10,558 nt of DNA from Pseudomonadota bacterium (GTDB lineage Bacteria > Pseudomonadota > Gammaproteobacteria > Methylococcales > Methylomonadaceae), in assembly GCA_039805765.1 (NCBI GenBank), contig JBDLTP010000031.1, positions 1 through 10,558 of the forward strand, read 5' to 3'. A program made the position numbers and the translations under genes. Below the pieces are notes generated by a model that saw only the letters and a program-made list of their open reading frames with translations, had not been told where the DNA came from and did not search any database. Positions 1-5,367 of this stretch are shown one piece after another; position 1 is the stretch's first letter; every line of letters begins with the position of its first letter.

Positions 1-117
1 GCAAAAGCAGCTATTTACCATGTAGCTAATACTTCTGGGAATGATATTGTCGCTGGAGAAGTTGAGTTGATTGGTGTTACTACAGGTGTTGTAGCCGCAG
101 TTGACTTTGTAGCTTAA
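1..117 (+). CDS. 3' end of an upstream gene (last 38 codons, ...AKAAIYHVANTSGNDIVAGEVELIGVTTGVVAAVDFVA*); product not identifiable
   Basis: Frame 1 is open from the window edge to TAA at 115-117, followed by a strong intrinsic terminator. It is absent from the ORF track because it has no start in the window. The Gly/Val/Ala-rich tail vaguely resembles C-termini of large secreted repeat proteins; this is an impression only. Confidence 0.45.
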   Translation, partial: AKAAIYHVANTSGNDIVAGEVELIGVTTGVVAAVDFVA

Positions 118-169
118 CCCTCAAGCCTCAACCCCATGAGCGTCTAATACGCTTTGATTGAGGGAAGAA

Positions 170-204
170 ACCGTCGTTGTAGAAATGCAGCGGCGGTTTT
201 TTTA
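170..204 (+). terminator. Rho-independent terminator
   Basis: 10-bp stem ACCGTCGTTG (170-179) / CAGCGGCGGT (188-197) with two G-T wobbles and an 8-nt loop, followed by a T7 run. Confidence 0.75.
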
Positions 205-276
205 TGGGCGTTTGGGTGTGCTGTGGGGTGTGGTATGATGTGCGAAAGTAATTTATGTATTTTAAGGAATTAAGCA

Positions 277-525
277 ATGCCTAGTTTACAAGTACGTTTA
301 GATGAAAAAGAAAAGCAAGAAACGTTTTCTATTTTGCACCAACTCGGCGTAACGCCTGCGCAAGCTGTGAGAATGTTTTTTGCAGAAGTAAGGGCAACAC
401 ATTCACTGCCTTTTGCCATTGATTGCATTCCCAATGCAAAAACAAAAACAGTACTGAACGACACGACCAACTATTCAGAACATTTTGACAGTGTGGATGA
501 TTTGTTTGCAGATTTAGAAAAATAA
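277..525 (+). CDS. dinJ: RelB/DinJ-family antitoxin (type II TA)
   Basis: 82 aa. N-terminal ribbon-helix-helix-like MPSLQVRLDEKEKQE...GVTPAQAVRMFF...LPF and C-terminal DDLFADL resemble E. coli DinJ. AAGGA lies upstream of the ATG, and the stop overlaps the toxin start (ATAATG). Confidence 0.85.
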   Translation: MPSLQVRLDEKEKQETFSILHQLGVTPAQAVRMFFAEVRATHSLPFAIDCIPNAKTKTVLNDTTNYSEHFDSVDDLFADLEK

Positions 526-812
526 TGCGTTCTCTTATTTACAAAAAATCATTTAAAAAGCAGTTTAAGCTAATGCAAAGTCGCGGAAAAGAGTTGGCAA
601 AATTGAAAACTGTCATTGAGATATTAGCAAATGATTTACCCATTCCGATAAATTATAAAGATCACGCGTTAACAGGTAATTTTGCCAGTTTCCGTGATAT
701 TCATATTGAACCTGATTGGATTTTGATTTATCAAAAACGCGAAGCTACAAGTGAATATCCAGCTGGAATATTATCACTTGAGTTAACGGGTACACATTCT
801 GATTTGTTTTAG
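525..812 (+). CDS. yafQ: YafQ-family mRNA interferase toxin (RelE superfamily)
   Basis: 95 aa. YKDHALTGNFASFRDIHIEPDWILIYQ...LTGTHSDLF closely parallels E. coli YafQ YKDHPLQGSWKGYRDAHVEPDWILIYK...RTGTHAALF. Translationally coupled to the antitoxin. Confidence 0.9.
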   Translation: MRSLIYKKSFKKQFKLMQSRGKELAKLKTVIEILANDLPIPINYKDHALTGNFASFRDIHIEPDWILIYQKREATSEYPAGILSLELTGTHSDLF

Positions 813-936
813 TTCGCTAAACTTAATCAAACGTTAACCCACCACGCTCGCCATCATTTTCCAAAGTTAAGAAATGATCTGGTGTTTAAATGTGTAACGC
901 GCAACACCTGTTCTTCTCTTTATTTCCGGCACTTAG

Positions 937-1024
937 TTTGAACGCTAGGGCTTCTGTTTTGCATTTGAGCATGGTAAGAAATAGCTGAGTAGCTGGACTT
1001 AATGTTTTTAGCTTTGCTTGGCAC
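937..1024 (+). repeat. Repeat family S, copy 1 (TTTGAACGCTAGG...TTGCATTTGAGCATGGT...)
   Basis: About 90-bp segment that aligns by eye at roughly two-thirds identity with 1446-1543 (shared blocks TTTGAACRCTAGG, TTGCATTTGA, ATGGT, GTTTTT, GCTTGCT). Confidence 0.5.
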
Positions 1025-1240
1025 TTTATTCAATAGATTGATTTTTTAAATTATTATCAGAAATGGGGTCTGTAACCATAAAAAAATAGTGCTGCGGAAA
1101 TTTTATATAGAGTACTTTTCTACTTTCGGTGGTGATTTTGCACCTATAGTAGTGTGAAAAGTGGGGGTTGCTTTGCTGTTGTGATTGCGTTGCTTGAATG
1201 GGAATCATGCTGGTTAGTGATTGGTGGATGAAAATTAATC

Positions 1241-1286
1241 AAACAGGACGTTGTCATAACGTCGTGTTGTAACATCGTGCTGTTTT
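1241..1286 (+). repeat. 46-bp repeat R1: AAACAGGACGTTGTCATAACGTCGTGTTGTAACATCGTGCTGTTTT
   Basis: Member of a 7-copy family, all 46 bp with no indels and the same orientation. Differs from R7 at 4 of 46 positions. Outer 6-bp inverted ends AAACAG/CTGTTT; internal tandem units GTTGT(N0-3)AAC-RTCGT. Preceded by TAATC. Confidence 0.9.
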
Positions 1287-1330
1287 GTCATGTTAACGCG
1301 CAACACCAGATCCTCTCAATCAAAATAATC

Positions 1331-1376
1331 AAACAGATCGTTGTCATAACGTCGTGTTGTTTCGTCGTGCCGTTTG
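1331..1376 (+). repeat. 46-bp repeat R2: AAACAGATCGTTGTCATAACGTCGTGTTGTTTCGTCGTGCCGTTTG
   Basis: Same family and orientation as R1, 90 bp downstream (start to start). Preceded by TAATC. Confidence 0.85.
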
Positions 1377-1445
1377 GTTGAGTTAACCTTAACTCATTGT
1401 CATTCCTGCATTGTATTCATCCAGTACAGTAAGTCTGGCGTTTTA

Positions 1446-1543
1446 TTTGAACACTAGGCTATCAAAATTGCATTTGATTATGGTCAGCAAGAGCAACATA
1501 GCAGGGCACGTTGTTTTTTAAAAACTTGGGCTTGCTGTTTGCG
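1446..1543 (+). repeat. Repeat family S, copy 2
   Basis: Aligns with 937-1024 (see that entry). A weaker third fragment (GTTGCATTTAGGTGCAG) lies near 2124-2140. Confidence 0.5.
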
Positions 1544-1614
1544 CAAAACGACAGGACTTGGAAAAATCAAAGTGCTTGATGCTGTTTTTATGGAATCAAC
1601 ACGTTCTGTTTGGA

Positions 1615-1821
1615 GCAAACCAAGTGCCATAAAAAACTCACACACATATAGTAAATAATTAAGTTCAAGTTGATTTTGTTATTTCATATCAATTAGAAAG
1701 AAAGAACAAAGGCAGGGTGATTTGGAAAAATCACCCTTGCTAGCATGCAGCGTAGCTGCTGCTCCTTATTCCAGCAAAACAAGTTCATTCTGATTTGTTA
1801 AAACAACAGCACTTGATTTGT
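1615..1821 (+). repeat. Noncoding element copy A (207 bp): promoter-like box, hairpin, conserved box 2; candidate sRNA or small-ORF locus
   Basis: Box 1 AAAAAACTCACACACATATAGTAAA at 1631-1655 (TATAGT at 1647-1652, possible -35 GTGCCA 17 bp upstream). 9-bp hairpin AGGGTGATT/AATCACCCT at 1714-1737. Box 2 CCTTGCTAGCATGCAGCGTAGCTGCTGCTCCTT at 1735-1767. Ends are GCAAACCAAGTGC (1615-1627) and GCACTTGATTTG (1809-1820), an imperfect inverted repeat. About 97% identical to copy B. Confidence 0.6.
1745..1801 (+). CDS. Candidate small ORF in element A (18 aa, MQRSCCSLFQQNKFILIC)
   Basis: The ATG lies inside conserved box 2. Both A-versus-B substitutions within it (1771 C/T, 1774 G/A) fall on third codon positions and are synonymous. 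There is no recognisable Shine-Dalgarno sequence, so this is very tentative. Confidence 0.25.
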   Translation: MQRSCCSLFQQNKFILIC

Positions 1822-1823
1822 TC

Positions 1824-1866
1824 AAACAGGTCCGCTCTAAATAATTTGAAGTGCTTGATGCTGTTT
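1824..1866 (+). repeat. R-like hybrid site between elements A and B (AAACAGGTC...AAGTGCTTGATGCTGTTT)
   Basis: Shares the first 9 nt (AAACAGGTC, as in R4) and the last 7 nt (GCTGTTT) with the 46-bp family, but the interior is unrelated. Its 3' 18-mer AAGTGCTTGATGCTGTTT recurs at 1570-1587, one tandem period upstream. Confidence 0.4.
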
Positions 1867-1894
1867 ATTGAATGCAATATGCCTTATTTTTTTT

Positions 1895-2101
1895 GCAAAC
1901 CAAGTGCCACAAAAAACTCACACACATATAGTAAATAATTAAGTTCAAGTTGAATTTGTTATTTCATATCAATTAGAAAGAAAGAACAAAGGCAGGGTGA
2001 TTTGGAAAAATCACCCTTGCTAGCATGCAGCGTAGCTGCTGCTCCTTATTTCAACAAAACAAGTTCATTCTGATTTGTTAAAACAACAGCACTTGGTTTG
2101 C
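1895..2101 (+). repeat. Noncoding element copy B (207 bp), tandem to copy A with a 280-bp period
   Basis: Box 1 at 1911-1935, hairpin at 1994-2017, box 2 at 2015-2047. Perfect 13-bp terminal inverted repeat GCAAACCAAGTGC (1895-1907) / GCACTTGGTTTGC (2089-2101). Confidence 0.6.
2025..2081 (+). CDS. Candidate small ORF in element B (18 aa, identical peptide to copy A)
   Basis: Same frame and peptide as 1745-1801 despite two nucleotide differences. No clear RBS. Confidence 0.25.
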   Translation: MQRSCCSLFQQNKFILIC

Positions 2102-2188
2102 TCAAATGACTTGGCTTTGTTTCGTTGCATTTAGGTGCAGCTGTCATTGTCTGATTGAGTTGTCTTCCTTTTTTTTATGGATAAAAGC

Positions 2189-2234
2189 AAACAAGTTGTT
2201 GACGTAACGTCTTGTTGTAACATCGGACTGTTTT
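2189..2234 (+). repeat. 46-bp repeat R3: AAACAAGTTGTTGACGTAACGTCTTGTTGTAACATCGGACTGTTTT
   Basis: Same family and orientation. Confidence 0.8.
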
Positions 2235-2263
2235 TTTTAACGCCACAAATAGCAATTTCAATC

Positions 2264-2309
2264 AAACAGGTCGTTGTTGTTTCGTCATGTTGTAACACTG
2301 CGTTGTTTG
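2264..2309 (+). repeat. 46-bp repeat R4: AAACAGGTCGTTGTTGTTTCGTCATGTTGTAACACTGCGTTGTTTG
   Basis: Same family and orientation, and the most diverged copy. Ends 12 bp from the stop codon of the polymerase-like gene. Confidence 0.75.
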
Positions 2310-2321
2310 CACGTATCCAAT

Positions 2322-3740
2322 TTAAGGCGTCCGGTTATATTTCGTTTCCTTTAAAAACCAGAATGGATTGCTTGCTTGTATTGCGCTATCAATTTGCAGT
2401 TTAATTGATGGAGATAATTGATCTTTAAGGACAATAGCGTCATGTACGTTTGCTAGGATCGTCAAATTATTTGTGTTTGCGTAGCTGCGAACAATGTTCA
2501 TTACTTCAGTTTCGGCACTTTGATAAAGATAAGCAAGCAGCTTTAAACGTTTAAAAACGCTTTCTGTATCCCTTAAAAAGGAATAGCTTAATATATAAGG
2601 TTGATTTGCTTTGACCATATTGATAATAGTGTCATTCAATATTTTCTGTTCGGCTACAAAATCAATAATTATTTGAGATTGCAAAAATGTATCGCGTTCA
2701 ACGTCATCTTTAAATATCTCTCCAATAGCTTGCCGGCATTGATTTCCTTGCTGATCAAAATACATGCCCGCTGAGCGCCTTGCACCAAAGTTCAATGCAG
2801 TCATCGCATCCTTAATTAGCCCAATTTGTTTTTCATCGTTGTAAAAGCCATCAGTAAATACATCGGCTCTAATAGCGTCAATCAGCACGGACTTATTGCT
2901 CCAGTATTGATGGCACTGAGGGAAAATGGATTGAATGCTACCGGATAAGTTGTTTTGATTGATGTAATCTTGTGCAAAGCCCAGTTTCCATGCGACTACG
3001 CTACTGCGCATATCGTATTCCCAGCAGTCACCAAGCATCGCTTCACGCAAGTCTTTACGGATATTTTGAACGCTCAAGCCTTCATAATAGGTACGTCCAA
3101 AATCGCTGTGTTTTTTCTTTTGATAATAGATGTTATTTTTCCAACTTGCGGCAGCCGCAATTCGTTTTGCTTGCAAGTAAACGGTTCTATCCTTAATGTT
3201 GAACTTGATATTTTGTGCTAGCAGATTAGCAAAGGGTTGAATGAAATTGTTTACCGACTCAACATCAACCTCGCAGCAATAATAGTCCGTATCAATTTCT
3301 TGCTGGCTGAGCTTATGAAAATTAGGGTGTAATTTGGTAAATGCTGATTGAGGATCAAGTCTATCATCCACATCGGTTATTTTAATGCGTGCAGTGGGTT
3401 TAACAAGCGATGGGCCTTTATGTGATCCGTGTTTTTGACCTTCTTGCTCCTTATGGATTAATTTCAAGTTGTTTTGTTCTAGCCAAGCGTGCAAGCGTAT
3501 AGATTTAGAACCCATTTGCGGTGTGTTGTTTTGTAAGTCATGTAAGTAGATGCCATACAAACCCAAATTGATATTTAATGAGTAATTTCCTCTCAATTCT
3601 GCTTCATCCAGTGCTTGTTCAAGTTTTTTTGTGTAGCTAGCCAAAAGCTTTGCATTTGAACGAACTGCGTTTGGTTTTTTAGGAAATGCAGCTTCTAGTG
3701 CAGCTAGCACGCTTGGATCAATAATTTGGATTTGAATCAT
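2322..3740 (-). CDS. Divergent minimal family-A (Pol I-like) polymerase homolog, with no recognisable exonuclease domain
   Basis: 472 aa. By-eye alignment to Taq/Klenow: FGRTYYEGLSVQNIRKDLREAM ~ TGRLSSSDPNLQNIP...IRRAF; WEYDMRSSVVAW ~ motif A LDYSQIELRVLA; IKDAMTALNFGA ~ motif B RRAAKTINFGVLYG; YQSAETEVMNIV ~ QGTAADLMKLAM; LANVHDAIVL ~ motif C LQVHDELVLE. Motif B to motif C spacing is 124 aa (122 in Taq). The N-terminal ~230 aa are unassignable. Confidence 0.75.
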   Translation of the reverse strand: MIQIQIIDPSVLAALEAAFPKKPNAVRSNAKLLASYTKKLEQALDEAELRGNYSLNINLGLYGIYLHDLQNNTPQMGSKSIRLHAWLEQNNLKLIHKEQEGQKHGSHKGPSLVKPTARIKITDVDDRLDPQSAFTKLHPNFHKLSQQEIDTDYYCCEVDVESVNNFIQPFANLLAQNIKFNIKDRTVYLQAKRIAAAASWKNNIYYQKKKHSDFGRTYYEGLSVQNIRKDLREAMLGDCWEYDMRSSVVAWKLGFAQDYINQNNLSGSIQSIFPQCHQYWSNKSVLIDAIRADVFTDGFYNDEKQIGLIKDAMTALNFGARRSAGMYFDQQGNQCRQAIGEIFKDDVERDTFLQSQIIIDFVAEQKILNDTIINMVKANQPYILSYSFLRDTESVFKRLKLLAYLYQSAETEVMNIVRSYANTNNLTILANVHDAIVLKDQLSPSIKLQIDSAIQASNPFWFLKETKYNRTP

Positions 3741-3808
3741 GCAATACCTAATTGGATATGCTGTAAATGGGGCAAGTCATAGCGACAAGTTTGAGCGTTA
3801 TCGTAATC

Positions 3809-4031
3809 AAAAAACTCACACACATATAGTAAAATTATATTTTCATATAGAAAAATAATGTTGAAATAAGAAAAAATGCAGGTGAATTTCAGAAAGCAAT
3901 GCGAGCTTTAGCGAGTGTTGTTGATGAAATGAGCCTTGCTAGCATGCAGCATAGCTGCTGCTCCTTTCATTGCTTCCATTCAGAAAAGCAATCCAAGTGT
4001 CGTTGTTTTGCCTGCGTTGTTTTTTTTTTTT
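3809..4031 (+). ncRNA. Noncoding element copy C: promoter-like box 1, structured region, box 2, hairpin, T12 (candidate ~195-nt plus-strand transcript)
   Basis: Box 1 is identical to copies A and B at 3809-3833 (TATAGT at 3825-3830). Hairpin ATTTCA/TGAAAT (3886-3891/3925-3930) closed by GG/CC sits just before box 2 (3934-3966), the position held by a hairpin of different sequence in A and B. 7-bp hairpin ATTGCTT/AAGCAAT at 3969-3992. T12 run at 4020-4031. Strand is inferred from the -10 box and the T run, not proven. Confidence 0.4.
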
Positions 4032-4033
4032 AA
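3944..4033 (+). CDS. Candidate small ORF in element C (29 aa, MQHSCCSFHCFHSEKQSKCRCFACVVFFF)
   Basis: Same start and same N-terminus MQ(R/H)SCCS as the ORFs in A and B. It stays open through diverged sequence and stops at TAA 4031-4033, directly abutting the convergent stop of the 354-aa gene. No clear RBS. Confidence 0.2.
   Translation: MQHSCCSFHCFHSEKQSKCRCFACVVFFF
3999..4022 (+). repeat. Truncated R-like remnant (GTCGTTGTT-TTGC-CTGCGTTGTTT)
   Basis: The left 9 nt match R4 positions 7-15 and the right 11 nt match the R4 3' end (CTGCGTTGTTT), as if about 17 internal bp were lost. Same orientation as the family. Confidence 0.35.
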
Positions 4034-5098
4034 TTACCATCCATATACTGCGATTCGCTTTATTGGCTCGCCACGTTTATGCAGTGCAAGTTGTTCTTCA
4101 ATAAACTTCTTTTTAGCTTCCAACTTATGCAATTCAAGTCTTAATTGGAATTCGGGATCAACTGCTAGCAAATTAGCATGCCAATCTTCATCATGTGTTT
4201 TTAAGGGACTTTTATTCACACTATCCATTTTAAGCTTTGCCCATCGTCCATTCGATTCAAGTCGTCTGCGCATACATTGCCACATATAGCGATAATTGAT
4301 GTCAGGTATAGCAACTTTGTCTTTACATGGAAATTTTCCACGTGCGGCGTTTTCCATAATTAAATGAGAGTGATTAAGCATCCGGCAGGTTATATTTTCA
4401 AGTACCTGTGTAGCTTCAACCATATGATGTGGAATCCTTGTGACCGTAATATCTAAATCCGCGTATTTCTCACTCACACCTGCTTTTACGCCAAGTTTCC
4501 ATAGTGATAATTTTGGGTCGCTTGCTTTCATTAATAATAGACGAAGTGTAGTTGTAATTGATTCACAGTGAAAACGCTCACCATGTAAACTGTATTTTGC
4601 TTTAAGTGGCTCAATATAATCATTATCAATTTGTTCACTCACTGCTCTTAATATATCAGCTCGGCTGCCATCTAAAGGGACACCCAATAGCATAAAGCCA
4701 TAATGGTATCGGGCATATTTTTCTAATGCTGCTTTGCAAGCTTCAGTATCTGTAACATGGTCTTGTGGTACATAAGCTAAAGGCGTAGCTTGTAATTTGT
4801 GTACAGGCTCACCAAATAATTTGGCTTTTCCCATAAAGCTTGTCCACCAGATTCTAAATGGGAATTGATAAACATTTCCAAAATCATCATACGTTTTGCG
4901 TACTGCATCAAAGTCATCAGGCAATGCCGTTATTTCTTCTTTTGTTAATCCATCTTTAGCTGTTCGTTCTTTGTGAGCTTGAAAATATATAGGACTTAGG
5001 CGTAGATACTCGTACCAGAGCCTATATGGTTGGCTTCTTTCGTAGTGAAAAGTGCCTTTTAAGAACTCAAAACCCTCAATTTCCCATAATTCAGCCAT
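4034..5098 (-). CDS. Hypothetical protein, 354 aa (orphan; possible helix-turn-helix around LSLWKLGVKAGVSEKY)
   Basis: Long uninterrupted ORF with ordinary amino-acid composition and a weak RBS (GGTAGA). No family recognised from memory. Confidence 0.7.
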   Translation of the reverse strand: MAELWEIEGFEFLKGTFHYERSQPYRLWYEYLRLSPIYFQAHKERTAKDGLTKEEITALPDDFDAVRKTYDDFGNVYQFPFRIWWTSFMGKAKLFGEPVHKLQATPLAYVPQDHVTDTEACKAALEKYARYHYGFMLLGVPLDGSRADILRAVSEQIDNDYIEPLKAKYSLHGERFHCESITTTLRLLLMKASDPKLSLWKLGVKAGVSEKYADLDITVTRIPHHMVEATQVLENITCRMLNHSHLIMENAARGKFPCKDKVAIPDINYRYMWQCMRRRLESNGRWAKLKMDSVNKSPLKTHDEDWHANLLAVDPEFQLRLELHKLEAKKKFIEEQLALHKRGEPIKRIAVYGW

Positions 5099-5232
5099 AA
5101 ATCGATTTTATCTACCTTTTAATATAAAAATAATTTTTCGTATTCTAGCATGCGTATATTGTGTAATACAGAAAATACCATTATTTTTTTTAAAATTAAA
5201 ACTACACAAATAGCTTTAAATGGCTTACTTGT

Positions 5233-5255
5233 TAGATATAGTAAATCAATTCAAC
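5233..5255 (+). promoter_or_regulatory. Putative promoter of the 5368 gene; -10 TATAGT (5237-5242) in a box related to element box 1
   Basis: AGATATAGTAAATCAATTCAAC resembles ACATATAGTAAATAATTAAGTTC of elements A and B. Possible -35 TTTAAA about 17-18 bp upstream. It would give a ~120-nt leader containing an 8-bp hairpin GTGGTTGG/CCAACCAC (5273-5299). Confidence 0.35.
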
Positions 5256-5367
5256 TGCGTAGAATGTTTCACGTGGTTGGCAGTGACGACTCCAACCACA
5301 AGCTCTAACCACTTGCTGTTACGTTGTTGTAGCAGCAAACAATTAACTATTTATTGGAGAAATTCAC

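Noticed and set aside
270-470. 66-aa ORF on the minus strand
   Set aside because: It is antisense to and entirely within the well-supported dinJ gene.
1026-1208. 60-aa ORF on the minus strand
   Set aside because: It has no RBS, its composition is low-complexity, and it lies in the repeat mosaic with nothing to support coding.
778-1386. Shared 10-mer TTGAGTTAAC at 778-787 and 1377-1386 as a cassette boundary signal
   Set aside because: Dozens of chance 10-mer matches are expected in a 10.5-kb AT-leaning window. This is not significant on its own.
2177-2404. 75-aa ORF on the plus strand
   Set aside because: It reads straight through repeats R3 and R4 (the repeated VVV.SCCN peptide is an artefact of translating the repeats) and overlaps the 3' end of the polymerase-like gene.
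2955-3221. 88-aa and 74-aa plus-strand ORFs (2955-3221 and 2972-3196)
   Set aside because: Both are antisense to and within the 472-aa gene, which has clear family motifs.
3908-3952. Minus-strand 14-codon ORF preceded by AAGGAG inside box 2 of copy C
   Set aside because: The start codon is ACG in copies A and B, so the ORF is not conserved. The AAGGAG is simply the complement of the conserved CTCCTT.
1615-4031. Retron msr/msd with a1/a2 inverted repeats
   Set aside because: The window has no reverse transcriptase. The left inverted repeat lies upstream of the promoter-like box, so it would not be in the transcript. Copy C lacks the inverted-repeat pair.
3936-4289. 117-aa plus-strand ORF
   Set aside because: It starts at a TTG inside box 2 and is antisense to the 354-aa gene. 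The peptide is low-complexity and Ser/Phe-rich.
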